A stretch of DNA of 64,000 nt from Octopus vulgaris (taxonomy: Eukaryota): contig OX597814.1 of assembly GCA_951406725.2 (NCBI GenBank), positions 372,001 through 436,000 on the forward strand, written 5' to 3'. Every line of letters begins with the position of its first letter. Within the stretch, counting starts at the first letter, position 1. Below, piece after piece: positions 13,036-26,157 of the stretch. The translations under genes were made by a program, and so were the position numbers. The notes below the pieces were generated by a model. That model searched no databases. It was not told the origin of the DNA and was given only the letters and a program-made list of their open reading frames with translations.

Positions 13036-13425
13036 TCTATATATATAAAGCTGAAGTTGTCTGTGTATGGCAGGTTTGGTAGCCTTCAACTAACACTATC
13101 TCCTCCGAGAATCTGTGGCACAAGTTGACCAAAATTGAGATTACGATAGAAGAAGGTTTGCTCTTCCTTCCATAGAAGAAAAAATTCAAATCGGACCATG
13201 TTAACACCAAAATTTATTTACATCAAAAAGGCGCTCTTTTTCTATGAAAATCCCTATTTTTTACGATTTTTTTACTGCTGTGTCGCCATTTTTCGGTGTA
13301 TTTCAACCAGGAAAATATTCACTTAAAGAGAATAACAAGCTACATAATGCAAAATTTTTACTTTTCAAAAATTCCAAATCTAAAGGGTTGAAACAAACCC
13401 GAGCAATGCCAGGCGATACAGCTAG
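13036..13425 (+). mobile_element. Non-autonomous Helitron (family H1)
   Basis: A|TC 5' end, subterminal GC hairpin cccgagcaatgccaggcg and CTAG|T 3' end. A second copy is at 28478-28807. Confidence 0.85.
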
Positions 13426-16139
13426 TCTATATATATATACATATATACATGCATATATGCATCTGTGTGTGTGTGTGGATGTATTAGGTGAGAGATTGGG
13501 AGATCTTGATGCGTGCAAATGTATATATAAAGGTAAACTGATAAAAAGCAGGATGTGGAAGTGAAACACAGAAGATAGGTGTTGCTGGTCGAGGATAAGA
13601 GGTCAAAGGAGTGACCAGCATCGATAAACCAGTTCCAGACAAGACACTGTTGCCTTGTTTTGAGCCAGAGAACAACAGAGCTTCTTTCATTGAAGAAGAC
13701 ACTACAGCTCTTACATAATATTCTGTCTACCACCTCTCTCTCCCTCTCCCCTCTTCCTCCCTCCCTCCCTCTCCCCTCCCTCTCATCTCCACCTCCTCTC
13801 TCCACCCCCACCCTCCACCTCATTTCCACCTCTTTCTCTCTCATATATATATATATATTTACTTATTACTTATATTATATTTATCATTCTTTTTATACTT
13901 TTTGAAAAAATAAATAAATAAATGAATGAATATGAAAATAATAAAATATATATATAAATATATATAAATATATTATATTAATTATATATATATTATTTGT
14001 TATTTATGTATTGGTTTATGTCTATCACTGTTTGAGTTGCATAATAGTGGTTTTATCTCTAATTCATATTTTTATATATATATATACTTATCTCTCAATC
14101 TCCCTTTCCCTCTCCACCTCCCCTCCTCCCATTCCCTCTCAGCATCCCCCCCTTCTCTCTCACTCCTCCCTCTGCCCTCTCCCTTCCTCTCTGTTCGGAA
14201 GCTTGTTCATCTCTTATTTTACTAGAAGCTTCTAGGCACCAGGATGAAGACATCTTCATCTGTCTTTGAAACTATTTCAAGAATGAACAAGTCGTTTGAT
14301 GATGCTCCAGGGTTGAGCCTCGGTACAGAAACCAGTTGCCGTTACTTGATGGCTGCAGGGTCTCCCATAGTTAACAGGAACCAGTCCTTGTTAGGATTTG
14401 ATGTTGGGAACTGTCGACAGATAAATTCCTCTTCAGGCAATGTAAATATTATCATTTTGATTCAGATAAAGTGATAGGAGGTGTGTGAAGGTGAGGGTGT
14501 AAGAGAGAGAGAAAGAGAGAGAGAGAGTGAGGGAATGAGAGAGGAAGCGAGGGTGTGAAGGCATTGAGTAGGGGAGGGGGCTGAGGCGGTGGCAGGGGCG
14601 TGTGGATGTGAGCTGTGTGGGGTGTGGATGTTGTTTGCTGTTAGAGATAGATTTGGTGAACAAGGTTACATTGTGGAAAAAAACGAAAAAAAACATGTTT
14701 AATATGTGATGAGAATGTTGGGATGGTAATTACGATGATGATGATGATGGTGGTGATGATGATGATGATAATGGTAATGATAATGGTGATGGTGATGATG
14801 ATGATGATGATGGTGGTGGTGATGATGATGATTATGATGATAGTGATGATGGCGGTGGTGATGATGATGATGATGATGATAATGGTAATGATAATGATAT
14901 GGTGATGATGACGACGATGATGATGGTGATGATGGTGATGCTGATGCTGATGATGAGGATGATGATAATGATGATGATGTTGATGAGGGTGGTGGTGGTG
15001 ATAATGATGACAATGATGAGGATAATGATGGTGACAGATGCAGATATGGTTCTGTGCTTAAGGAGTTTGTTTCCCAACCATGTGGTTCCGGGTTCCATCC
15101 CACTCCATGGCACCCTTCAATCATTGGGAAATATGCTGTGATTGTGAAGACCTGTTGAACTGAGTGAAATCATAGTCATGGCCAATGCCAGTGCCATCTG
15201 ACTGGTACCCATGCTGGTGGCACGTAAAAGCACCATTCAAGCATTGGGACCCATGGAGGCAGTGACAGGTGACCAAGACCCTTGGTGATATACTGTGCTT
15301 GTGTTGACCTGTCAAGCCAAGTGAGACCGTGGTCATGGCCAATCCTGGTGTCAGGTGAATGGCACCCGTGGTTGGCATTTGGAACCTTGCCAAATCAGAT
15401 CGGAACCTGGTGCAGCCCCCTGGCTTACCAATTTTCAGTCAAACAGTCCAACTCATGCCAGCATGGAAAAACGAACATTAAATAATGATGATGATGATGT
15501 GTGAGTGTGGTAGTGTATATGTATGTGTACGAGTGTGTATTTGAGTCTCTTCGTTGTAACATCATCTGACAGTCGTAGACGAGTATCATTGTCATACAAG
15601 CAGTGTCATTCATTTTCAATGCCTGGCTAAAGGGAAATATTACCTTACTTAGGAACAGATGAAAGTTGGTGACAGGAAGGGCATCCAGCTATAGAAAATC
15701 TGCCCTGACAAATTCCATCTGGGCCATGCAAGCATTAAAAGGTGGACATTTAATGATGATGAAGAAGATAAATAATAAATTATAATCCATCTAATTTTAT
15801 ACTAAAATTAAAAGTTTGTTTTCCTACCATTTGATTAAGATGATGAAGATTACAAATAAAATAGTCATTTTCCCCATTAAGAAAAAAAATCAAGTTGAAA
15901 ATGTCAACACTTCAAAGGTTCATGTCAGCTACCACCAGCCATCCTTTTCCTTACTTTTTTTCCCTTCCCTTAATCATTTATACAACTTTCAGAGTGACAT
16001 AAACTTGAAAGATAGAAATTCTCCTTGTATTTTAATGAGATATTTTTAAATTATGGGTACTTGATTTTCTTTTTTTTCTTAAAGGGGAAATGAAATATCA
16101 ATCTTTATCATCTTAATTAAAAGGTAGAAGAACAGACAG

Positions 16140-16918
16140 AGAAAGACTATCTCTTCATAGACGAAGTTCAGTTGCAATTGGAGGAATTGAATCTCAAAAG
16201 AATGGGGAAAACAAACAACAACAAATAGATTGTACGTTATATGTTTCTTTACTACCCACAAGGGGCTAAACACAGAGGGGACAAACAAGGACAGACAAAC
16301 GGATTAAGCTGATTACATCGACCCCAGTGCATAACTGGTACTTAATTTATCGACCCCGAAAGGATGAAAGACAAAGTCAACCTTGGCGGAATTTGAACTC
16401 AGAACGTAACAACAGACGAAATACCTATTTCTTTACTACCCACAAGGGGCTAAACATAGAGGGGACAAACAAGGACAGACAAACGGATTAAGCCGATTAC
16501 ATCGACCCCAGTGCTTAACTGGTACTTAGTTTATCGACCCCGAAAGGATGAAAGGCAAAGTCGACCTCGGCGGAATTTGAACTCAGCACGTAACGGCAGA
16601 CGAAATACAGCTACGCATTTCGTCAGGTGTGCTAACGTTTCTGCCAGCTCGCAGCCTAATAGATTGTACGTGATAATGAAACTCTTTTAAAAGTAGTCAA
16701 ATGCCACTGCAGCATTGAAATTGTTGCCTCGGTGAGGTCAGTTGAGTACATCACAAAGTACACACTGAAAGGAAATGACTAAGCTACTATTCAAATAAAC
16801 AATGATAATGAAGTTAGTCAATATCTAATGGGTAGGTGTACTGGACCATCCGAAGCGGTTGCATCCATTTTAGGAATTTCAATTCATGAAAGAGCCCCTA
16901 AAATAGGGAGACTGCAAC
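16140..16918 (+). pseudogene. Degenerate Helitron RepHel coding fragment split by a SINE
   Basis: Hand translation gives ..RRSSVAIGG..QIDCT then LLKVVKCHCSIEIVASVRSVEYITKYTLKGND*ATIQINNDNEVSQYLMGRCTGPSEAVASILGISIHERAP. This matches the Helitron Rep motif CHINVE..KY..KY..KG.D..DE..Y..GRY...EA...I.GF.IH.R.P. Confidence 0.85.
16238..16657 (-). mobile_element. SINE family B with a 14-bp TSD
   Basis: aatagattgtacgt occurs at 16224-16237 and 16658-16671. Confidence 0.9.
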
Positions 16919-16931
16919 ATATCAGAACAAC

Positions 16932-17155
16932 ACAGTTCTATATTTAAGAGATGAAGAATTATGTACATTATTTACATTATTCACATTATTTACATTTACA
17001 TTATTTACATTATTCACATTATTTACATTTACATTATTTACATTATTTACACTTATGCCCATGGGCATATGGCGTAGTGGTTAAGAGTACAGGCTACTAA
17101 ACCCAAGATTCCGAGTTTGATTCCAGGCAATGACCTGAATAATAATAATAATAAT
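16932..17155. mobile_element. Deleted head-to-head pair of the tRNA-head/hammerhead family
   Basis: Minus-strand tail with an expanded (tttacatta)n, then the palindromic junction atgcccatgggcat, then a plus-strand head with box A tggcgtagtgg, then (AAT)n. Confidence 0.7.
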
Positions 17156-17224
17156 TTTTTTTTTTTTTTACATATGTAAAAATTGCCACAAAACCGCTAT
17201 TATAAGAAGGTCAGGCTTGTGTAG

Positions 17225-18040
17225 GATGAAAGATTGCAAAAATAAAGCAATATACAAGAAATTCAAAGAAAGAATGAAACTGAAAATAGGTGGGTAAAGA
17301 AAAGAATGAATGAAAAATTTCATAGGGATATTGAAGAAAAGACAGAGAGAGAAAGAAGATGGCTGTGGATGATTAAAAGTGATTTTAAACTGGAAACGGA
17401 GGTTCTAATCTGTGCTGCCCAAGAGCAAACACTAAGAACAAACTACATAAAATACAGAATAGACAACACAGCAGAAAGTGATAAGAGCAGAATCTGTGGA
17501 CAAAACGGTGAACCCATGTGGCATATTACCAGCCAATGTATGCTACTAGCCCAGAAGGAATATAAGAGATGCCATGACAATATAGCCAGGCTTGTCCATT
17601 GGACACTTTGCAACGAGTATGGACTTGACAGAGCAAAAAAGTGGTATGACCACAAACCTGAAGGCATTTTCAAATATAGAAATGCAAAGATCCTATGGGA
17701 TTTTATGATTCAATGCGACCATGAGATAGAGAATAGGAAGCCAGATATAGTCTTAATTGAGAAAGAAAACAAACTATGCTGGATCATAGATGTAGCATGC
17801 CCAGCTGACAACAAGGTATGCGATAAGGAAGAAAGAAAAGTCGATAGATATGACAGGTTAGCTTGGGAAGTTAAGCAGTTGTGGTCGATGAAAAAGGTAG
17901 CAGTAGTACCAATAATTGTCGGAGCCCTGGGAACAGTGAGTAAAAATCTCAAGAAGTTCATGGAACAAATAGGGGCTGCAATAAGGGTGGAGCACTTGCA
18001 GAAAACAGCACTGCTTGGAACCGCTGGAATATTCCAGAAG
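17225..18040 (+). mobile_element. R4/Dong-type RLE non-LTR retrotransposon, 3' fragment
   Basis: ORF 17306-18229 has a decayed zinc knuckle (SRIC..H....C), RCHD and an RLE with RKPDIVL..IIDVACPAD..K..Y and PIIVGALG. It lies near (TAA)n. The ORF tail after ~18040 runs into an unrelated repeat. Confidence 0.9.
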
Positions 18041-18415
18041 GTGCCAGTCAAGGCAGCACTGGCATCAGCCATGCTTGAATGGTGCCTTTTATGTGCTACT
18101 GGCATGGGTACCAATCAGGTGGCACTGGCATCGCCCATGAATACAATTTCACTTGACTCAATAGGTCTTCTCAAGCACAACATCTATATATATATATATA
18201 TAGTACCAATAAACAAAAGTACAAAATAGTACCAACATTACTAGAAATAAGAGTCAAAAAATGACTCAAAAAACCACAAAAGCACAATCTGGTACTATTT
18301 TGTAACCTTGTTTATTAATTTGCCTTTAGGTTTTAATTGCTAATGGTCCATCTATATGATAATATATTTATATCTTGTATTATTTTATTTATACCATATA
18401 TATATATATATACGT

Positions 18416-18705
18416 GGAGGCGCAATGGCCCAGTGGTTAGGGCAGCGGACTCGCAGTCATAGGATCGCGGTTTCATTGTGAGCGTTTATTGAGTGAAAAC
18501 ACGTAAAGCTCCTCGAGGCTCCAGCAGGGGGTGGTGGTGGTCCCTGCTGTACTCTTTTGCCACAACTTTCTCTCTCTCTTTCTTCTGTTGGCCTGCTCGC
18601 TTAGCCAGCGGGGTGGCGTCATTTGAAGGCTAAAACAATGCGAAGCGCATTATGACCAGTGATGCGTAACAACATCTGATAGCCTGGTCAGTCACGATGA
18701 TCACA

Positions 18706-18708
<3 letters not shown>
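18416..18708 (+). mobile_element. tRNA-derived SINE family C
   Basis: Head ggaggcgcaatggcccagtggttagggcagcggactc. Related copies lie at 24165-24516(-), 44680-45000(-), 62452-62635 and 24875-25135, with a tail at 59396-59518. Confidence 0.8.
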
Positions 18709-18745
<37 letters not shown>

Positions 18746-18775
18746 AACATATATAGCCATGTAAATAGATATAGG

Positions 18776-19053
18776 CAGTGGTGGACTGGGTCTAAAACAT
18801 TGGTTGCCAGGAGATTAAGGGGGGCCCACCTGCAACTACAATGCTATCATTTATCTATCTATTTTTTTTTTTTGTTAAAAGTATTATTTTCACCTGCCTA
18901 CAAACACAGCCAGGTTGAAATAATTAATGCATTCTTCCAGGAGTGTATAAAAAATTCTCACACTTGAGGGGATGGGCCCCCATATATAGATTCTAATGGC
19001 GCAGGGGCCCACTTGCCATCCGGCAAGCTGGCACCCTGCCCAGGCTGCCACTG
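18776..19053. mobile_element. hAT-type MITE, 278 bp
   Basis: Imperfect TIRs cagtggtggactggg / cccaggctgccactg, with a perfect 8-bp TSD gatatagg at 18768-18775 and 19054-19061. Confidence 0.9.
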
Positions 19054-19583
19054 GATATAGGGATATATAGAGAAGCAAAATCTGAAAAGATTGAGATGAA
19101 CATTTGTGTATAAGCATATAAATATTTATATTTTTACAAAACATGTCTATATGGAATACAAACAGTAGAGAACACCAAGAGTAGAGGCCATGATATTTTA
19201 GATCCAGCAGCTATTTCTGGGGACTTGTATTTACATAATAGTTGTAATGTCAGCCGATGGAGTGCCTAAAAAGTCGAGGATTTTCAACAAGCAATGGATG
19301 CATACAGACATTACCATAAAACTGGCTTCCGTCTTCAGGAGAGAAGTATTGACACCTCCTAGTGGCATATCTTTAACTTTTTGTACACTCCATCTGCTAA
19401 CATTACAAATATTACATAATTCCAGGCCTCCATCAGACCTGAAATATTATGCCCTCTCCCCTTAGTTTTCTGCATCATTTGTACTCCATGTAAATCTGTT
19501 CTCTGAATATATTAATATCTAAATGCTTATACATGAGTGTTCATCTTCTAAATATTTTCGGTTTTTATTTCTTTATATATGTA

Positions 19584-20090
19584 CTAGCAGTATCGCCCGG
19601 CGTTGCTCGGGTTTGTAAGGGAAATAACTATATAAGCATTTTTAGAGAGTTACTTCCCTTATAGATGCCAATTCGGGCTTTCTTAGCCATTTCTGTTTTG
19701 GTGTCTTCAAGCCATGAAGTCGTTCTAAAAGAACGCTGGTCTCCTTGACAACGCATTACGACGTTGATTTCTTTACACTCCCTTCCCCACAGCTTCACGT
19801 GGGAGGGAAGGGGGAGAAGCAATCAGGTGCAGCTGTGACCATGGACGCCAACTCCGCCGCCATCGACACACGAAAAATTATGCATTAAAATGGAATAAAA
19901 AATTATGTTAAATTATTTTTAAAATCGTAGACTCATCGTGGCCGCGCGCTAATAGCCAGACGGGCTCGATATGAATCACGACTATAAGATACCCGAATTT
20001 GGTTAAACTGCACCGCAAAATGTGGGAGTAGTTAGGAATCTAAATCGAAGGGGACAGACACTCACACAACTAGAGTTTTATATATATAGA
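19584..20090 (-). mobile_element. Non-autonomous Helitron (family H2)
   Basis: Minus strand reads A|TC...cccgagcaacgccgggcgatactgCTAG|T. It is a near-identical inverted copy of 23044-23717. Confidence 0.9.
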
Positions 20091-20172
20091 TATATCCCTA
20101 CATATATTGACATGCGTGTATGTAATTATGCATATTTTATATCAAATTCAAGTATGTTTCTCTACATCACAA

Positions 20173-20253
<81 letters not shown>

Positions 20254-20309
20254 GTGTGTGTGTGTGTGTGTTAGCATGAAAAACGGATGTTAAACGATGA
20301 TGATGATGG

Positions 20310-20345
<36 letters not shown>

Positions 20346-20665
20346 TCATCATCATCGTTTAGCGTCCGTTTTCCATGCTAGCATGGGTTAGACGGTTCTA
20401 CTGGGGTCTGTGAAGCCAGAAGGCTTCATCAGGCCCAGTCAAATCTGGCAGTGTTTCTACGGCTGGATGCCCTTCCTAACGCCAACCACTCCGTGAGTGT
20501 AGTGGGTGCTTTTTACGTGCCACCCGCACAGGTGCCAGACAGAGCTGGCAAACGGCCACGAACGGATGGTGCTTTTTATGTATATGTATATATGTATATG
20601 TATATATATATAAGTTCAGCAAAATTTAGATTCATTGTCCATTAAATTACAAAAAATTCTATACA

Positions 20666-20750
20666 TGGCTGAAGATTGCTCTCCATTTTGAAATTGATGT
20701 AATACTTACATTGTTTAATAAAATGAAATAGCATGAAACGATTGTACTAC
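20666..20750 (+). ncRNA. Degenerate type-I hammerhead with a long stem II (PLE-like)
   Basis: tgg-CTGAAGA-ttgct..cattttg..taaaatg..agcat-GAAA-cgattg-TA-cta. Confidence 0.6.
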
Positions 20751-20795
20751 ACTACCTTGGATATCCTTGTTGCTTATTTTGATTATATATGTATG

Positions 20796-20853
<58 letters not shown>

Positions 20854-20940
20854 GAAAACACAAAAGAAACAACAATACAATGATGTGGAACATGTAAAGT
20901 ATTAGCACACACACACACACACAAATATACACACACATAC

Positions 20941-20972
<32 letters not shown>

Positions 20973-21375
20973 GTGTGTGTGTGCATATATATATACATAC
21001 ATACACACACAAACAAACTCATACATATAATCACCCTAATCATTTAGAGAGTAAAAGAGGAGGAGAGAGGGTGAGCGTAATTCCCCAGTGGTGACTCAGG
21101 CCATGAACAATGGAACTGCCTGTATTTCGTGGGACTTGCATTACAAGATGTCACGCTCCAGCAAAGACATGCAGCACACATGTGAGCTGAATGAATACTG
21201 GGTCAGCACCCATGCAAACTTCACGGTTTTCCTCCTCTTCTTCAGGGTAAACCAGTTTGCTCCACTTTTAAGCAAACACCGTGTGTATGTGAGTGCTTCA
21301 ATGTGTGTGCGTGTGTGTGTGTGCATGCAGGCATGTGTACGTGTGTGAGTGTGTGTGTGAGTGCACGTGTGTGCA

Positions 21376-21420
<45 letters not shown>

Positions 21421-21549
21421 AGAGAGATAGGGATGTAGAGAAACATACTTGAGTTTGATATAAAATATGCATAATTACATATACACATGTCAATATATGT
21501 AGGGATATATACATCTATAAAGAAACAGAGAAAACTATATATATATATA

Positions 21550-22249
21550 TCTCTTATTATAAAAGGCAGATTTTATCTGCCTCCCTTTGGGAGTTATACA
21601 AATCTACAATATAGGATTTCTTCAATTACAATTTACCTAGCATTTTTGAGAGTACAATGCATCGCGTCATGCCAGGTCCAGTTTTTAAATTTTAAACTCC
21701 AATTAAGCAAAATTTACAGAAAACTCACATTCTGGTGTGTGTGTCAAATGCTTTTCTTAGTCTGGTTTACACCACACGCAAACGCACACACACAGTGGGC
21801 AACGAATAAAATGAAAGTAAATAGCGACAGAGTGATTTGAGGAAGACTAAAGTGAAAGTATTCTGTCTATGACGCTGATAGATACATGAGTAAAATGTAT
21901 CTCTTATTATAAAAGGCAGATTTTATCTGCCTCCCTTTGGGAGTTATACAAATCTACAATATAGGATTTCTTCAATTACAATTTACCTAGCATTTTTGAG
22001 AGTACAATGCATCGCGTCATGCCAGGTCCAGTTTTTAAAATTTAAACTCCAATTAAGCAAAATTTACAGAAAACTCACATTCTGGTGTGTGTGTCAAATG
22101 CTTTTCTTAGTCTGGTTTACACCACACGCAAACGCACACACACAGTGGGCAACGAATAAAATGAAAGTAAATAGCGACAGAGTGATTTGAGGAAGACTAA
22201 AGTGAAAGTATTCTGTCTATGACGCTGATAGATACATGAGTAAAATGTA
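21550..22249 (+). repeat. 350-bp near-perfect tandem duplication of a Helitron-like 5' end
   Basis: 21550-21899 and 21900-22249 differ at about one position. The unit starts A|TC(tcttattataaaag). Confidence 0.9.
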
Positions 22250-22664
22250 TGGGAAGCTAAGAGCTAAGAGTGAGTGAAAATGTTCTTGGAAGAGAGTAAT
22301 TAGTAATAAAGTAAACATACACTCATACATACATACATACATACATACACACACACACATACACACACACATACATACACACACACATACATACATACAC
22401 ACATACATACATACATACATATACATACATACACACATATACATACATACATACACACACACACATACACACACACACAGTATTGAAGCTTGAGAACAAT
22501 CAGATACATTTGCAACACATCTGTTGAAAATATTATTGTTCACACACATACATATACATATATACATACAGACAGACAGACAGATAGACACACACACACA
22601 CACACATGACCCAGCATGGCCACAACCTCAAGGATGAAACATATAAAAGAATAACAGAATATAA

Positions 22665-23020
22665 ATGTGTGCAAAGTACAAGAAATATTAATGCAGTATA
22701 TGGGGATTGGACAATAAGCGTAAGGCAGTGTCAATGGTGGTTCCAGAAATCCCGAGCCATAAACTACAGCCTAGAAGACGAGCCTCATCCTGAAAGATCT
22801 GTAGAACTCGACAAGGACATCCTGAAAACCCTGGTGGAACAAAATATCATCGTAACTGTTGAGGAACTAGCAGAGAAGCTTGGATTTGGTCATTCAACCA
22901 TTCATTGACACCTGTGTGCTATCGGAAAAGTCAGCAAATTGGGTCAATGGGTTCCTCACGAACTTTCCGAGTCTAATTGCATGCAGAGAGTGAATGTATG
23001 CTTTTCTTTGCTGTCATATC
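22665..23020 (+). mobile_element. Mariner transposase fragment
   Basis: STRNINAVYGD..SVRQCQWWFQK..SLEDEPHPER..TVEELAEKL, followed by a WVPHEL-encoding segment (tgggttcctcacgaactt). Confidence 0.9.
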
Positions 23021-23043
23021 TCACCACTACTGCGCTATGTATA

Positions 23044-23717
23044 TCTATATATATAAAACTGTAGTTGTGTGAGTGTCTGTCCCCTTCGATTTAGATTCCT
23101 AACTACTCCCACATTTTGCGGTACAGTTTAACCAAATTCGGGTAGCTTATAGTCGTGATTCATATCGAGCCCGTCTGGCTATTAGCGCGCGTCTACGATG
23201 AGTCTACGATTTTAAAAATAATTTAACATCATTTTTTATTCCATTTTAATGCATAATTTTTCGTGTGTCGATGGCGGCGGAGTTGGCGTCCATGGTCACA
23301 CCTGCACCTGTTTGCTTCTCCCCCTTCTTCCCTCCCTCGTGAAGCTGTGGGGAAGGGAGTGTAAGGAAATCAACGTCGTAATGCGTTGTCAAGGAGACCA
23401 GTGTTCTTTTAGAACAACGACTTCATGGCTTGAAGACACCAAAACAGAAATGGCTAAGAAAGCGTCTACATGAGTCTACGATTTAAAAAAAAATTTACCA
23501 TCGTTTTTTTTCCATTTTAATGCATTTTTTCGCTATTATATAAGGGAAGTAACTCTCTAAAAATGTCTACGATGAGTCAACGATTTAAAAAAAAATTTAC
23601 CATCATATTTTTTCCATTTTTAATGCATTTTTTGCTATTTTTTGGCTATAACTCTCTAAAAATGCTTATATAGTTATTTCCCTTACAAACCCGAGCAACG
23701 CCGGGCGATACTGCTAG
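23044..23717 (+). mobile_element. Non-autonomous Helitron (family H2) with internal subrepeats
   Basis: A|TC..hairpin..CTAG|T, with the gtctacgatgagtc..ttccattttaatgcat unit present three times. Confidence 0.9.
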
Positions 23718-23931
23718 TATATATATATATATATAGTTTTCGAAAACTCCACGAGAGTGGACAAAAGCGCTAATATATCATATATGATTTATAAAAACAC
23801 GTGACATACTAATAAATATCTGTAAATATAAAACCATCCAGATTTCTGAGTACCTCATTTCTTCTAATATATAATACCTGTACATCATCTCCAAACCTTC
23901 TTATATATGTTATATATATATATATGCATAT

Positions 23932-24035
<104 letters not shown>

Positions 24036-24736
24036 CATGTGTGTGTATATATATGTGTATATATATATGTATGTGTATATATATGATATTTGATGATGAT
24101 GATGATATTCATGCATAGGTTGGACACGTATCTCCCAATAACGTCATGGAACTCCGTCGGTTACGACGACGAGGGTTCCAGTTGATCCGATCCACGGAAC
24201 AGCATGCTCGTGAAATTAACGCGCAAGTGGCTGAGCACTCCACAGACACGTGTAACCTTAACGTAGTTCTCGGAGAGATTCAGCATGACACAGAGTGTGA
24301 CAAAGGTGGCCCTTTGAAATACAGGTACAAGGAGAAACAGGAAGAAAGAGTGAAAGAAAGATGCGGTGAAAGAGTACAGCAGGGGTCGCCCCCTGCCATC
24401 CCTTGTGGAGCTTTAGATGTTTTCGCCCAATAAACATTCACGACGCCCGGTCTGGGAATCGAATCCACGATCCTACGACCGCGAGTCTGCTGCCCTGACC
24501 ACTTGGCCATTGCGCTTTCATGTCTACCACTATAACCCTAGGCTGACCAATGCTTTGTCAGTGAATTCTGAAGATGAGAACATTTTTGGCTTCCATACAA
24601 CTCTTCAAAATTGGACGCTAAGTCTGGGTGTGATAGATACTTGCTTTTCCTGCACAAATACACTACATTAAATATATCATTTTTATGAGTAGTTCTCTCG
24701 TCCAACCCATGCCAGCATGGAAAACGGACATTAAAC

Positions 24737-24768
<32 letters not shown>

Positions 24769-25184
24769 GTTAATACCAAATTCTTTTCGAGTGAACATAA
24801 AGAATACACCAAGATTTTACCGAAACTCCAACTTGCGTTATTATAAAAACATGTCTGTGTGTGTGTATGTGTGAAGGTGTATGGCCAAGTGGTTAAGACG
24901 TTGCACTCACGATCTAGTGATCAAGGGTTCGATTCCTAGAATGAGCGGCAAGTCACTTCATGTCACATTGCTCCAGTCCCCTCGGCTGCAAACGGGTTAC
25001 CCTGTGTCAGAATAGTCTTCCAATTGAGGTGAATGTTAGCCTGCCCACCTAGCTAGCTGGGTGATATCATTTGAAGGCTAAATCAATGCGAAGTGCATTG
25101 TGACTAGTGATGTATGACCACAGCCGATAGTCTGGTCCAGCATGGCCGCAGTCAAATGACTGAAACAAGTAAAAGAGTAAAAGA

Positions 25185-25217
<33 letters not shown>

Positions 25218-25252
25218 AAGAGATAGATAGATAGATAGAAAGATAGATAGAT

Positions 25253-25298
<46 letters not shown>

Positions 25299-25370
25299 GG
25301 ATGGATGGATAGATAGATAGATAGAAAGATAGATAGATATAGATAGATAGATAGATAGATAGATAGAAAG

Positions 25371-25469
<99 letters not shown>

Positions 25470-25472
25470 AAG

Positions 25473-25539
<67 letters not shown>

Positions 25540-25562
25540 TAGATAAATAGATAGATAGACAT

Positions 25563-25639
<77 letters not shown>

Positions 25640-26067
25640 CAGACAGATAGATCCAACTTTCTGTATATTTTTCGCTTAATTTTTATCAACGAAAGATGTA
25701 AACGTTGGTGGGAAAAGCCAATGCGTAACGATGCCTTCTGTTGCAAACAAGCTCTTATTATACTCTGTGTCAGAAGTGCAACGACACATCGTAACCAACG
25801 TTATTGTTCACCAACGGCAGTATTGTTCGCTAACGACGCTATTGTTCACCATTTGCTACATAAAAACAAATAAATAAATGAAAAACTAAAACAGTAACTA
25901 ACGTGTGTTTGGTGTATGTGAGCTATTAAGAAGCAGGTCACATTTACGATCTCACACTTAACAAGTAGCAGGAGCGAGATGGGAGGTTGAATGTGGGATG
26001 AGGGTAGGTCGACGAAGGTAGCAGCCAGCAGTCGGCGGCGTTGACGCGTGCTGGCAAGTGACTCCCC

Positions 26068-26157
26068 GGCACTCGCCATACGTCACTCCCGTTTGCCTGG
26101 CACTCGCCATACGTCACTCCCGTTTGCCTGGCACTCGCCATACGTCACTCCCGTTTG
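26068..26157. repeat. 31-bp tandem repeat x3 (ggcactcgccatacgtcactcccgtttgcct)
   Basis: Units start at 26068, 26099 and 26130. Confidence 0.95.

Noticed and set aside
18416-18480. Genuine tRNA genes at SINE heads
   Set aside because: They lack a complete cloverleaf and continue into SINE bodies.
21056-21240. Possible long hairpin closed by aagaggagga/tcctcctctt
   Set aside because: Interior pairing is patchy and partly low-complexity.
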